NCBI GenBank assembly: GCA_963840935.1
Contig: CAWJAS010000001.1
Coordinates: 579,834-643,833 of the forward strand
Reading direction: 5' to 3'
Length of the DNA stretch: 64,000 nt
Source: Candidatus Magasanikiibacteriota bacterium
GTDB taxonomy: Bacteria; Patescibacteriota; Patescibacteriia; Magasanikbacterales; GWA2-37-8
The position numbers were made by a program, and so were the translations under genes. Shown here one piece after another: positions 1-10,678 of the stretch; the first letter of the stretch is position 1; every line of letters starts with the position of its first letter. The notes beneath the pieces are model-generated. The model did not search any database and had not been told where the DNA came from. It saw only the letters and a list, made by a program, of their open reading frames with translations.

Positions 1-2
1 AT

Positions 3-626
3 AACCCGACAACGCACGCCACAATACACGACCGATTAAAATTATCAACCGGAGAAAAAGTATCCAACAAGGATTTACTTTATTCATTTTTAATCGCTCC
101 GATTAATAATGCCGCCAGAATGATAGCGCAAGCAACCGGACTTAGCGAATCAAAATTTATTTCTTCAATGAACACAAGATTAAGCGATTGGGGGGCTGAC
201 AAAACAAAAATTTTTGACACGACCGGTTTATCCGAAAAAAATATTTCTTCGGCCAGAGATATGCTTAAAATTTTTACCAACGCTTTGGCAAACAAAACAA
301 TCCGCGAATCAATGGGTAAAACGAGTCATACATTTACCGAGCTATTAACTAAGGACGGTATTTCAAATCATAAAATTTCCAACTTTAATGATTTGATGTT
401 TAATCTGAAAAAGAACTATGAAATACTGGCTTCAAACACCGGATATACCGATAAATCAGGCGCGATAATGGCCGTGCTTGTCGAGTCAAAAAAAGCCAAA
501 ACTCAATATATCGTAATAACCATGGGAGACACCAATTACGATAACCGCTTTACCGAACCAAATCGTTTAGCTGAATGGGCCATAAACGCAAATAATACCG
601 CGGGCGTGGCGGGAATTACTAATTAA
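3..626 (+). CDS. Peptidase S11 (D-Ala-D-Ala carboxypeptidase)-like protein, 5'-partial, catalytic motifs degenerate
   Basis: Frame is open from the window edge. GEKVSNKDLLYSFLIAPINNAA, FISSMN, DTTGLSEKNISSARD and NTGYT match the S11 family layout. Confidence 0.75.
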   Translation, partial: NPTTHATIHDRLKLSTGEKVSNKDLLYSFLIAPINNAARMIAQATGLSESKFISSMNTRLSDWGADKTKIFDTTGLSEKNISSARDMLKIFTNALANKTIRESMGKTSHTFTELLTKDGISNHKISNFNDLMFNLKKNYEILASNTGYTDKSGAIMAVLVESKKAKTQYIVITMGDTNYDNRFTEPNRLAEWAINANNTAGVAGITN

Positions 627-632
627 TTCAAT

Positions 633-1424
633 ATGCCCTTAGTTTTTGCCGCCATCACTCCTCACCCGCCAATACTAATACCTGACGTGGGAAAGGAATC
701 GATAAAAAAAATATCGCGCACGGTCAATTCGATGAATACGCTTGAAGAGCATTTTTATGCCGCTCATCCGGATTCGGTTATAGTAATTTCACCTCACGGA
801 AGTTATTTTTCCGAAGCGTTCACTATTAATTGTTGCTCTGAATTTACCGCCGATATGAAAAATTTCGGGGACTTGTCGGTCAATATGTCATTTAACGGGG
901 ATTTTTATTTGGCGCAACAACTGCGTGATTTAACAAAAAAGAAACACTTGCCTTCGGTTATGATTTCCGAGCCGAAACTTGACCACGGCACAAGCGTACC
1001 AATGTATTACTTCTCAAAACATAATAAAAAAGCCAAGTTATTGCAATTGGGTTTTTGCAATCTGGATTATAAATCACATCTTGATTTTGGTTCTCTGATT
1101 AAAGAAGCGATACATGGCACAAACAAAAGAATAGCCATAGTCGCTTCCGCTGATTTATCACACGCTTTGTCATCGGACGCACCGGCCGGTTTCAACAAAT
1201 ACGGAGCGGAATTTGATGAAAAAATTCGTGAATTATTTATGTCAAATAACCTATCCGGTTTGTCTCAAATAAAACCGTCGTTTGCCGAAAAAGCCGCTGA
1301 GTGCGGTCTGCGCTCTCTTCTGATTTTGGCCGGAATCATCCAAGGCACATCCTTCAATTACAAGGAATACTCATACGAAGACCCTTTTGGAGTCGGTTAT
1401 TTAACCGCTGAATTAGTATTATAA
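633..1424 (+). CDS. MEMO1/LigB-fold protein (AmmeMemoRadiSam protein B / class III extradiol dioxygenase subunit B-like)
   Basis: PHPP, ISPH, LDHG, ASADLSH, ECG and FGVGY motifs. Confidence 0.8.
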   Translation: MPLVFAAITPHPPILIPDVGKESIKKISRTVNSMNTLEEHFYAAHPDSVIVISPHGSYFSEAFTINCCSEFTADMKNFGDLSVNMSFNGDFYLAQQLRDLTKKKHLPSVMISEPKLDHGTSVPMYYFSKHNKKAKLLQLGFCNLDYKSHLDFGSLIKEAIHGTNKRIAIVASADLSHALSSDAPAGFNKYGAEFDEKIRELFMSNNLSGLSQIKPSFAEKAAECGLRSLLILAGIIQGTSFNYKEYSYEDPFGVGYLTAELVL

Positions 1425-1428
1425 TTTT

Positions 1429-3291
1429 ATGATAATTCAAGTAATCCCGCTTCGACGGATGCCTTTTGAAATTTTTTGGCTGGATTACTCGGTTCCGGAA
1501 AATTTAATGAAGAATATCTCACCCGGCTCGCTTGTGACAATACCATTCAGAAATCAGATTTCATACGGCATAGTCGCTCACTTAAAACAATCAGAGGAAG
1601 CAAAAAAAATAAAAATTAAAGATATAGACGGTCTTGTTTTTGAAACTCCGCTTATTCCGCAAAATATTATCGACTTTACGGAGGAATTTTCATTATTTTA
1701 TCGTGTTTCACCGGGGGCTATTTTAAAAAATTTAATTTTCAAATTAATCAAAAAAAACTTGGCGCTGACAAAGGATGTGCTAAGGAATTGTGAGGTAGAA
1801 AAATATTCAAAAATCGGGAAAAAACCGATTCTTTTTAATTACAAATCTTCCGAACAAAAATACGCAAAAATTATTGAATTAAACCGCCAACAAGGGCAAA
1901 AATTTATATTAACGCCCTTCGTTGAATTAGCAAATGATATAATGGAAAATCTGCCGGATGATATCAAAGAAAATTGCATATTAATAACCGGCGAAACAAC
2001 TGACAAACAATTTTTTGAATATTGGTTAAGGATCAGAAATAACGAAAGTCTCACCGTAATCGGAACAAGAAGAGCGATTTTTTTGCCATGGATGAGTTTG
2101 GCCCACGTTATAATGGACGACGAAGGCGATTCGGTTCATAAGAGTTGGGATATGGCTCCGCGTTTTCATTCACGAGATGCCCTGCTTTTAATGTCCAAAT
2201 ACATTAATTGTGATATTTATTTATTTAGCCACACCCCTTCAATTGAAAGCTATTTCTTTGCCAAAAAAAATATTTATTCTCTGGAAGGAGAAGTGCAAAC
2301 TTTTACCAACCCTTCACCGATATTTGTAACATATAACAGTAAAAACAAATCCGCCCTTGATGATGAAATAATCGAGTCGCTCTCAAATTCCAAAAAAAAT
2401 TGCTTTATTTACATAAATAGAAAATCCGCTTATTCTTCGGTTGTATGCAAAGATTGCGGTCATGTATTCAGATGCAAAAATTGTGAAAGAGCTCTCAATC
2501 TAGTGCAAAAAAACAGTTTATTAAATTGCCTATTTTGCAACACCAACGAGACTCTACCGTTTGAATGCCCAAAATGTAACGGTTCAAATTTCGTTTTTTT
2601 GGGGCAGGGCGCCAAAAGTATTGTTCTGGACATAAAAAATAAATTTCCGCAAAAAAATGTAATCCTGGTCGACAAAGAATTGCTCGAAACAAAAATTAAT
2701 TTGCATGACATAAATAATTCTATAATTGTCGGTACCGAATTCGCCTGGACGCGAGTAAATTGGAAAAATATCGACGTCTTTGCCATGGTTGACCCGGATT
2801 TTTCGTTGACGTTGCCGGAGTACAGAGCGACCGAAGATCTTTGGCAAAAAATTCGTCAAACGCAATTTTTATTGCCTAAAAATTCATCTTTTTTCATTCA
2901 AACATGCAATCGCGAGCATTACGTTTATTCGGGTGTTTATAAGCCGGATATATTTTATGGAAAAGAGACTTTGGAGCGAAAAAAGTTTAGCTATCCCCCG
3001 TTCAAATACTTAATCAGACTGCTCATAGACTCAAATAATAAAGAGTACGACGAAGCCCTGGTTCTCCAATTCAAAACCAAATTATCAAGCTTGACACAGG
3101 GCAAAAACAGTGTTATCATAAACGGTCCATTAAAAGCTAACCCGCCTTATTATAGAGGCAAATATTGGCATATTGTACTCATAAAGGCGGACTACTCAAA
3201 CTACAAAAATATAACAAAAAACATTGCAAAAATTATTCCGTCAACTTGGAAATTCGACCCTAACCCAATCAGCATTTTATCAATATCATAA
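1429..3291 (+). CDS. priA: Primosomal protein N' (PriA), shortened, lacking Walker A
   Basis: N-terminal DY..G.LV.IPF domain, IGTRRAIFLP, PRFHSRD, four CxxC pairs, YPPF; upstream of def-fmt. Confidence 0.85.
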   Translation: MIIQVIPLRRMPFEIFWLDYSVPENLMKNISPGSLVTIPFRNQISYGIVAHLKQSEEAKKIKIKDIDGLVFETPLIPQNIIDFTEEFSLFYRVSPGAILKNLIFKLIKKNLALTKDVLRNCEVEKYSKIGKKPILFNYKSSEQKYAKIIELNRQQGQKFILTPFVELANDIMENLPDDIKENCILITGETTDKQFFEYWLRIRNNESLTVIGTRRAIFLPWMSLAHVIMDDEGDSVHKSWDMAPRFHSRDALLLMSKYINCDIYLFSHTPSIESYFFAKKNIYSLEGEVQTFTNPSPIFVTYNSKNKSALDDEIIESLSNSKKNCFIYINRKSAYSSVVCKDCGHVFRCKNCERALNLVQKNSLLNCLFCNTNETLPFECPKCNGSNFVFLGQGAKSIVLDIKNKFPQKNVILVDKELLETKINLHDINNSIIVGTEFAWTRVNWKNIDVFAMVDPDFSLTLPEYRATEDLWQKIRQTQFLLPKNSSFFIQTCNREHYVYSGVYKPDIFYGKETLERKKFSYPPFKYLIRLLIDSNNKEYDEALVLQFKTKLSSLTQGKNSVIINGPLKANPPYYRGKYWHIVLIKADYSNYKNITKNIAKIIPSTWKFDPNPISILSIS

Positions 3292-3297
3292 TTTAAT

Positions 3298-3783
3298 ATG
3301 GTCAGAGAAATAACAACCTACCCCGACCTGATACTATCCAAAGTCGGACGCGAAGTGAATGCGAATGAACTATCAAACTCTGAAATCAAATCATTAATCG
3401 TCGACATGATTGAAACGATGTATTTTTCGGATGGAGTCGGAATAGCAGCGCCACAAATCGGAGAATCAATAAAGATTTGCGTAATCGCAAAAAAATTTGC
3501 CGATGGTTTTGATGATGATTTGGTGCTCATAAATCCCGTTTGGCAAAAAAAATCCATTCTCAAAGAATCCGGAGAAGAAGGGTGTTTGTCGGTGCCAAAT
3601 GTTTACGGAAAAGTAAATCGCTACAAAAAAATTAGTGTAAACGCCATAAACAAGGAAGGAAAAAATATTAATTTTGATGCTTCCGGTTTTTTTGCAAGAA
3701 TTGTTCAGCACGAAATAGACCATTTAAACGGCGTCTTGTTCACAGAAAAAGCAAAGGGTCTTTACCGCGCCAACCAATTATGA
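3298..3783 (+). CDS. def: Peptide deformylase
   Basis: GVGIAAPQIG, EGCLS, QHEIDHLNG. Confidence 0.97.
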   Translation: MVREITTYPDLILSKVGREVNANELSNSEIKSLIVDMIETMYFSDGVGIAAPQIGESIKICVIAKKFADGFDDDLVLINPVWQKKSILKESGEEGCLSVPNVYGKVNRYKKISVNAINKEGKNINFDASGFFARIVQHEIDHLNGVLFTEKAKGLYRANQL

Positions 3784-4700
3784 TAAAAATATTTTTTTAC
3801 GGTACTCATAATTTTGCCTCCGCTGTGCTTGGAAAAATTATCGCTTCCAATATTTTCGATGTTTCCGGGGTTGTAACCGCGCCGGACAAGCAAGTTGGAC
3901 GCGAACAAGCAGTCCAAAAATCGGCCGTAAAAATAATGGCCGAAAAATTTAACATTCCGGTTTACCAGCCGGAATCTTTAAAAGATTTTTTACCGGCTGA
4001 ATTAGCGCTCACTGATTTGGGTGTTGTTGTTGAATATGGAAAAATTATACCGCTTAATATTTTAAGCACGCCAAAACACAAAACAATTAACATACACGGT
4101 TCCCTTCTTCCAAAATATCGCGGAGCTTCACCCATCCAGTCGGCCATACTAAACGGCGAAAAAACCACGGGCATTACTCTGATGCTTATGGACGAAAAAA
4201 TGGATCACGGCCCGATGCTTAAAAAAACGGAAATACAAATATACCCGGATGAAATTAAAGATGATTTATCCGCCCGCCTTTCTCAAACAGCATCCGAATT
4301 ATTAATTTCTGTTGCCCCCGACTATATTGCCGGCAAAATAAAACCAATTGAACAGGAACATGATTCGGCAACTTATTGTAAAATTTTGACTCGTGAAGAC
4401 GGAATAATAAATTTTAGCAAATCAGCTATACAAATTTACAATCAATATCGAGCTCTGACTCCATGGCCGGGTATTTGGTGCCTTGCCGACAGCAAAAGAC
4501 TGAAACTTATTAAAATATCCATTGCCAATAAACCGGTTGAACAAGGTAAAATTATATTTGATAATACAGATATATTAATCGGCTGTGCCCAAAATTCTGC
4601 TATCAAAGCAGAGGTACTGCAATTGGAAGGTAAAAAAGCGCTCTCGGCACGTGATTTTATTAACGGTAACATCGGCCTTAATGGCTCTACGCTGAATTAA
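3780..4700 (+). CDS. fmt: Methionyl-tRNA formyltransferase
   Basis: INIHGSLLPKYRGASPIQ, MDHGP, RALTPWPG. Confidence 0.96.
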   Translation: MIKIFFYGTHNFASAVLGKIIASNIFDVSGVVTAPDKQVGREQAVQKSAVKIMAEKFNIPVYQPESLKDFLPAELALTDLGVVVEYGKIIPLNILSTPKHKTINIHGSLLPKYRGASPIQSAILNGEKTTGITLMLMDEKMDHGPMLKKTEIQIYPDEIKDDLSARLSQTASELLISVAPDYIAGKIKPIEQEHDSATYCKILTREDGIINFSKSAIQIYNQYRALTPWPGIWCLADSKRLKLIKISIANKPVEQGKIIFDNTDILIGCAQNSAIKAEVLQLEGKKALSARDFINGNIGLNGSTLN

Positions 4701-4702
4701 AT

Positions 4703-6112
4703 ATGGTTAATAAAAAAATAATCTTTTATTCAATACTCGTCTACTTTTTTTTGAGATTATTTTCTTATTTTTTCGGCTCGCCCACCCCGCTTTCAGATGG
4801 GTCCGTTGTGAACACCGCGTTTTCTGTTTTTTTGGTTATTGCGGTTGCTTATTTACTTGCAAAAAAAGATATAAGGGGCTGGCTCATAATTGCCGGGGAA
4901 TTAATGCTTGGCGGAAGCGGAAATATTTTGGCCATTGATTCAATTTCCGTGAGAACCGTGCTGTTAGTTGTTTCATTATTCATTTTTTTCACCCAGACAA
5001 TCCAAGCTAAAAAAATTCGGCAAACTTTTATCGACCCGATCAGCATACCCATTTTGTTTTTATTGCTATGGGCATCTATTTCGGCAATTATCGGCTGGCG
5101 TAATAATAATGAAATTGGCCTCATAATATCCGACTTTATCCCCTACTTATTCTTATTATATTATTATCCTTTAAAAGAACTGATTAAAAAAGATGATTTT
5201 AAAATATTCTGCCTAAATATTCTTATCTCCGCTGTATTGGCAAACGCGTTATTTATTTTGATCACGTTTATTATATTTAATCTGGAAATTACGGCAATGC
5301 AAGACTCGTATTACCATTGGTTCAGAGACATCGCTCAAGGTAAAATAACTTATTTGTCCGACGGATTTTATCGTTTGGTTTTAAACGAGCAACTACTCGT
5401 CGTGCCGATTGCCGTTTATTTTATTTTTCAGCAAATTAAACAATCCAAAAACATTAATCTTGTAATAATATTTGCCTTATCATTTATACTTGCCCTATCT
5501 TTGACCAGAATTTATTACTTGGCATTGGTTGTTTCGCTTTTTTGTTTATTTTCTCGTGAATATTGGAAAAAATGGTTTAAATATTCACTCTTAATATTGA
5601 TTTCAATTTTTATTTTTTTTACCGGCTTTTATTTGTTTGCCAGCCGTGGAATGAGTTTGGGTTGGGAATATTTTGGATTAAGAATCGGTTCAATCGCCTC
5701 GCCAGCAATTGAACAAAGTTCATTATCAAGAATGGTTTTATTACCGGAAATAATCAACAAAATTAAAAATAGCCCCGTTATCGGGTCCGGCCTCGGGTCA
5801 ACTGTCACAATTTTTAGTCCGGTATACAAAGAAACAATCACCACTCCACATTTTGACTGGGGCTATCTTGAAATAATGGCTGAAACCGGAATTATCGGCT
5901 TTATTGCATGGATAGCAATGATTTGCTATATTTTCTACTTAATAAAAAGCGATAAAAACAAAAAATCACCGCTTATTGCAGTAATCGTGGCGCTTCTTGC
6001 AATAAATATCACTTCCCCGGCGATATTTCACGTTCTTGGAGTTGTTTTAATTGTAATTATTTTAGCCCGTGTTTCTCCACAATTATCCGGCGAGCCGATT
6101 CAAAATCCTTGA
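4703..6112 (+). CDS. O-antigen ligase/polymerase (Wzy_C) family membrane protein
   Basis: Multi-TM protein; SLTR, IGSGLG and YLEIMAETGIIG motifs. Confidence 0.75.
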   Translation: MVNKKIIFYSILVYFFLRLFSYFFGSPTPLSDGSVVNTAFSVFLVIAVAYLLAKKDIRGWLIIAGELMLGGSGNILAIDSISVRTVLLVVSLFIFFTQTIQAKKIRQTFIDPISIPILFLLLWASISAIIGWRNNNEIGLIISDFIPYLFLLYYYPLKELIKKDDFKIFCLNILISAVLANALFILITFIIFNLEITAMQDSYYHWFRDIAQGKITYLSDGFYRLVLNEQLLVVPIAVYFIFQQIKQSKNINLVIIFALSFILALSLTRIYYLALVVSLFCLFSREYWKKWFKYSLLILISIFIFFTGFYLFASRGMSLGWEYFGLRIGSIASPAIEQSSLSRMVLLPEIINKIKNSPVIGSGLGSTVTIFSPVYKETITTPHFDWGYLEIMAETGIIGFIAWIAMICYIFYLIKSDKNKKSPLIAVIVALLAINITSPAIFHVLGVVLIVIILARVSPQLSGEPIQNP

Positions 6113-6770
6113 CGGACCTTGTTTTCCATGGTAGTTTAAAAAATATTTTTGGAACCCACTTGCTAATGCCTTTTCTTTTTCCGATTAATTTGGCATAAAG
6201 AGTTTCCGGCAAATAAATGCCGGTTTTATTTTTATTCACCATCGTTAACCATAAATCCCAATCCTGAAATCTTTTTATCGTTTCATCAAACCCGGGGAAA
6301 TCACTTCTTCTGATGAGCGATGTTGTGTCGATATAATTATTAATTTTTAATTTTTCAGCGTCAAATTCATGACTGAATATTGTTTTTAAGCCAAATTTGA
6401 AATCACAGTACGCAAAGGAAGCTGACGAACACGAATCCAAAGTTTGTTTCATTTTCTTGAGCATTTCCGGTTCCGCGATTGTGTCGGCATCCCAAAAAAT
6501 AACAAAATTTCCACTCGATTCTGCAAAGCCGGCATTTCGCGCGGCCGGAGCCCCTTTGTTTTCCTGATTTATAATTCGAATATTAAATTGGCGTAAATCT
6601 GAATCATTCAACAATTCTTTTTCTATTTCATTAAAATTATCGGTACTGCCGTCATTAATAATTATAATTTCTATCGGACGATATGTTTGGCAAACAATTG
6701 ACCGAACAGATTGCCTGATGACCGAGGCGTGATTATAAACCGGAATAATAATACTTATCAAATCATTCAT
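6057..6770 (-). CDS. Glycosyltransferase family 2
   Basis: ISIIIPVYN, INDGSTD, GAPAARNAG, DAD, QDWDLW. Confidence 0.92.
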   Translation of the reverse strand: MNDLISIIIPVYNHASVIRQSVRSIVCQTYRPIEIIIINDGSTDNFNEIEKELLNDSDLRQFNIRIINQENKGAPAARNAGFAESSGNFVIFWDADTIAEPEMLKKMKQTLDSCSSASFAYCDFKFGLKTIFSHEFDAEKLKINNYIDTTSLIRRSDFPGFDETIKRFQDWDLWLTMVNKNKTGIYLPETLYAKLIGKRKGISKWVPKIFFKLPWKTRSVKDFESARRIIVEKHGLK

Positions 6771-6775
6771 AAAAG

Positions 6776-7888
6776 TTATTTATATATTTCGTTCAATAAA
6801 TTATCATAAGCAAACTCTTTTAGAATTCTCTCGCGAGAATATCCTCCCATTTCCAATCTCAAAGCATCGTTCAATAAAAGATTTATAATTGCGTTAGCAG
6901 TATTAATTTCAAAATTCGAGTCCACCAAAACACCGGTTTTATTATCAATAACCGCTTCGCTCACTCCGCCGACATTACCGGCCACCACAGGCAATCCGCA
7001 AACTCCGGCTTCCAAAAATACCATCCCCCACCCTTCTTCGTGATTTTCGTCCTTATGTGACAATAAAACAAATAAATCGGAAATCTGATAATAAATCGGC
7101 AAATCTATGTTGGGCAAGGCGCCAATATAACGAACAACATTTTCTAAATTAAATTTTTTGATTAATTCCAAAATATATTGCTTTTTGGGACCGTCTCCAA
7201 CAAGTAAAAGCACGGCATTGGGTATTTGTTCCGAAACTTTAACCATTGCCTTTAACAATCGGGGGAATCCTTTGCCTTCATCAAAACGACCAACAGATAT
7301 AATTATTTTTTTTCCTTCCAAGGCTAATCTTGATTTTAACGAAATTAAATCACTTTTATTTGGCTCTGTCGCAAAATGCTTTCCGGGCGCGGGCGGGCAA
7401 ATAAAAACATTATTCAAACCCGTGATTTTTGACAGCAATTTATTCTTTAAAAATTCACTACTGACAATTATTTTTTTGGCATATTTGCATACTAATTTGA
7501 GTTTGCCGATTTTCTTCTTCAAAGCCATCTCCAAATCACTACCGTGAAAAATAATTATGTATGGTTTTTTCAAAAACTTTAAAATCAGATAACCAATATA
7601 ACCGCCGGGCAAAGCATGTTGGATTACAAGCAAATCAATTTTTTCATTCTTAACGATTTTTTTAATCTGAAAATACCACTTTAACCATCTTGGCCAAAAT
7701 AATTTTGCATACGGCTTACCACGGTAAACTTTCCATGGATGATTATTATCAAAAACATCATCACCTTTTTGCTTTGGCGCCCAAACAACAATATCGGATG
7801 GCTGAGCCTGCCCTGCCAAATTAAATGTGTGAGTGGCAATTCCGCCTATTTGCGGAGGGTACTCAAGGGTTATTATTAGTATTTTCAT
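6776..7888 (-). CDS. Glycosyltransferase family 4
   Basis: MKILIITLEYPPQIGG start (ATG 7888), GR..KG, EGWGMVFLEA. Confidence 0.92.
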   Translation of the reverse strand: MKILIITLEYPPQIGGIATHTFNLAGQAQPSDIVVWAPKQKGDDVFDNNHPWKVYRGKPYAKLFWPRWLKWYFQIKKIVKNEKIDLLVIQHALPGGYIGYLILKFLKKPYIIIFHGSDLEMALKKKIGKLKLVCKYAKKIIVSSEFLKNKLLSKITGLNNVFICPPAPGKHFATEPNKSDLISLKSRLALEGKKIIISVGRFDEGKGFPRLLKAMVKVSEQIPNAVLLLVGDGPKKQYILELIKKFNLENVVRYIGALPNIDLPIYYQISDLFVLLSHKDENHEEGWGMVFLEAGVCGLPVVAGNVGGVSEAVIDNKTGVLVDSNFEINTANAIINLLLNDALRLEMGGYSRERILKEFAYDNLLNEIYK

Positions 7889-9326
7889 ATAAATTTTTTC
7901 CAAATAATTTATGACGTATTTCAAATATTATCTCCTTGTTAAGCCCACCGGTAATAAACAACAAAATTACGTAAACCGCGACCCCGATTGGAATGGTATA
8001 TATAAAATTAATTTTTAGGCCAAGCCAAAATACCAGCGCTCCCATAATAATCGATGGCACAAAAGAACGAATAAAATAACCGAATATCATCTTGCCGTTT
8101 ACCGCCACATACCTGCGAACAAAAACAAACCCAAGCAACCACAAAACCGAATTACCGATTAAAGCCGAAACTGCCGCCCCGTTAATTCCTATTTTTGGCA
8201 AAAGTATCAAATTAAAAATAACATTAACCACAAGCACAATCGCCATAATCATTGTTTGTTTGCGCTGTTGGCCGATGGCGTTCAAAAAAGTTCCGCTAAG
8301 CAGAGCCAAGTAAGAAAACACAAGGCTAAACGCCAAAATTCTTAATGGAGCGACCGATGGAGCATAATTTTGGCCATATACCATAACAATAAATGGTCCG
8401 GAAATGGCAAATATTCCGGTGGCTAATGGAAATACAATTGTGAATAGATAACGCCATGATTTTTCAAAAAGTTTGGCCAAAGCAGAACGGTCTGATACAA
8501 ACAAAGAACTAAATACCGGATACACGCTTGCCGATAAAGCAAGCGGAATAAACTGAAAAGCAAAAACAATTTTATACGGCACGCTCCACCATCCTAATTC
8601 GCGTTCTGATAAAATTTTTGACATTAGCAAGCTATCGCTATATGAATACAGCCGACCAATAATTCCGGCAAGAGCAAACGGCCAAGCCATGTTAAAAAAT
8701 TCCTTGCATGAAGCCGTATTTATAGATGCTCTGATCTTTATCAAACAAACTTTTACCGCAAAAAAACCGGAATAAAACACATTGAATACACTGGCGCAAG
8801 TATATGCTCCAATCAGCCAAATTAACGGCAGTTTGAAATAAAGGGCCAATGAGCCAACAAAAAGCGTTATGAATTGAGAGGCAACAATGCCGAATGACTC
8901 ATATTTTAAGTTTCTTTTGGCCCTGAAAACGGCGTAAAAAAGCGAGTGCAGATTGTCGAGCCACATTGTGAAACCCGCCAAATAAATCAAATATTTTGTT
9001 GTTTCGGGATAATTCAAAATGTTTACAAAAAATATCACAAGCAAATAAGCCACCGCGCCAAAGATTAATTTGCCTCCAAAAATTGAAGAAAATATGCTTT
9101 GAGTTTTTTCCGGTGATTTTGAAGCTTCGCGAGTAAGGACATTGGCCAAACCAAAATCAGCCACCACGGCAAAAATACTGGTAAATGTTAGGGCAAAAAA
9201 ATACATTCCAGTGTTCTCCACCCCGATTAATCGCGCGATTACCGTAAAATAAACAAAGGAAATTATCTTTTGCCCGATGGACGCAACTGTTAGAAACGAT
9301 GTATTTTTGGCGACAGAGTATGTCAT
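7863..9326 (-). CDS. Wzx/MurJ-like oligosaccharide flippase
   Basis: Polytopic MOP-family pattern; DFGL, PFALAG, GINGAA. Confidence 0.88.
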   Translation of the reverse strand: MTYSVAKNTSFLTVASIGQKIISFVYFTVIARLIGVENTGMYFFALTFTSIFAVVADFGLANVLTREASKSPEKTQSIFSSIFGGKLIFGAVAYLLVIFFVNILNYPETTKYLIYLAGFTMWLDNLHSLFYAVFRAKRNLKYESFGIVASQFITLFVGSLALYFKLPLIWLIGAYTCASVFNVFYSGFFAVKVCLIKIRASINTASCKEFFNMAWPFALAGIIGRLYSYSDSLLMSKILSERELGWWSVPYKIVFAFQFIPLALSASVYPVFSSLFVSDRSALAKLFEKSWRYLFTIVFPLATGIFAISGPFIVMVYGQNYAPSVAPLRILAFSLVFSYLALLSGTFLNAIGQQRKQTMIMAIVLVVNVIFNLILLPKIGINGAAVSALIGNSVLWLLGFVFVRRYVAVNGKMIFGYFIRSFVPSIIMGALVFWLGLKINFIYTIPIGVAVYVILLFITGGLNKEIIFEIRHKLFGKNLYENTNNNP

Positions 9327-9370
9327 ATTTATATGGCTTATTCTATCATCAAAACTTGCTTATTACAAAC

Positions 9371-9397
9371 AAAAAACCGCCGATAAAGGCGGTTTTT
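9371..9397 (-). terminator. Intrinsic terminator of the ribosomal protein operon
   Basis: AAAAAACCGCC-gataaa-GGCGGTTTTT just past the rpsI stop. Confidence 0.8.
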
Positions 9398-9404
9398 GAT
9401 TGAT

Positions 9405-9914
9405 TTAACGTTTGCTCCACTGTGGCGCTCTGCGGGCTCTTTTTAAACCCGGTTTCTTTCTTTCCTTTTTTCTGGCGTCTCTTGTTAAAAATCCTTGTGA
9501 TTTTAAAGCTTTTTTGAAATCTTCATTCCACAACAAAAGCGCTCTGGAAATTCCGTGCTTTACCGCGTCAGCTTGCCCTTTTTTGCCACCACCGGCAACC
9601 TTAACAGATACATCCAAGTCTTTTTCTTTACCCATGGCTTTTAAAGGAAGCAGAACAATTTCTTGCAAAGTAATATGGGAAAAATATTCTTTAAAATCCT
9701 GACCATTAACGACAATTTTGCCGGTTCCTCGGGAAACCCGCACTCTGGCCGAGGCGGTCTTTCGTCTTCCAACCGAACGACAAAAATCCGCTCCGTTTAC
9801 TTTTTCCGGTTTTTCAGCCTTAACTTCAACAACCGGTTTCTTCGCAACCGCGGTCTTTGTCGCAACAGTCGGGGCTTTTGTTTTTTTGGTTTTTACTGTG
9901 GCAGTTTTTGGCAT
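9405..9914 (-). CDS. rpsI: 30S ribosomal protein S9 with Lys/Thr/Ala-rich N-terminal extension
   Basis: [39 protein letters not shown]. Confidence 0.97.
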   Translation of the reverse strand: MPKTATVKTKKTKAPTVATKTAVAKKPVVEVKAEKPEKVNGADFCRSVGRRKTASARVRVSRGTGKIVVNGQDFKEYFSHITLQEIVLLPLKAMGKEKDLDVSVKVAGGGKKGQADAVKHGISRALLLWNEDFKKALKSQGFLTRDARKKERKKPGLKRARRAPQWSKR

Positions 9915-9920
9915 AAATGA

Positions 9921-10277
9921 TTATTTAAACTTCAAACGTAACATCCTCGCGGTGCGTAATTTATTTTTGGGTAACATTCTTTCGACCGCGTGGCATAAAA
10001 TTTCTTTTGGATTTTCTTTCATGATTTTTTTGGCCGGCGTTTCTTTTAATCCGCCCGGATGCATTGAATGCCTGCGATAAATTTTTTGCTCAATTTTTTT
10101 ACCGGAAAAACGCAGTTGGTCAACATTAGAAACAATTACTTTGTCGCCGGAATCAATGTGAGCCAAATACCCCACTTTTGTTTTGCCGATTAAAATTGAG
10201 GCGATTTTTGATGCCAATCTTCCCGGTGTTTGGTCGGTGGCGTCAATTTCAACTTTTTTTCTAGATATTTTCATCAT
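9921..10277 (-). CDS. rplM: 50S ribosomal protein L13 (short form)
   Basis: IDA..GRLAS, DSGDKVIV, HSMHPGGLK, MLPKNKL. Confidence 0.95.
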   Translation of the reverse strand: MMKISRKKVEIDATDQTPGRLASKIASILIGKTKVGYLAHIDSGDKVIVSNVDQLRFSGKKIEQKIYRRHSMHPGGLKETPAKKIMKENPKEILCHAVERMLPKNKLRTARMLRLKFK

Positions 10278-10304
10278 ACTTATTAAACTTATTCACGAAT
10301 ATTA

Positions 10305-10661
10305 TTATTTGATTAGCTCAATAACGGCCTGGTCGGCGCCGTCGCCCACTCGCGTCTTTGTGGTCAATACCAAGCGAGTATAACCGCCTTTTTTATCAAC
10401 ATATCTTAGGGCGATTACGTCCATCAATTTTTTAACCGCGTTTTTGGTATATAATTTTTTAATCAATTCTCGGCGAGCGGATAAATTATTTTTCTTCGCG
10501 GTGGTAATTAACTTTTCCACAAACGACTTAACCGCCCTTGCTTTTGCCGGGGTCGTTTTAATTCTCTCGTGCAATATCAAACTCTCAGCCAAATTGGTGA
10601 TTAATGATTTGCGCGCTCCTTTTTTTCTATCTAATGTGACTTTCTTCTTTAGGTGTCTCAT
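10305..10661 (-). CDS. rplQ: 50S ribosomal protein L17
   Basis: MRH, ERIKTT, GGYTR, RVGDGA. Confidence 0.97.
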   Translation of the reverse strand: MRHLKKKVTLDRKKGARKSLITNLAESLILHERIKTTPAKARAVKSFVEKLITTAKKNNLSARRELIKKLYTKNAVKKLMDVIALRYVDKKGGYTRLVLTTKTRVGDGADQAVIELIK

Positions 10662-10678
10662 AAGGGAAAATTAGCAAT

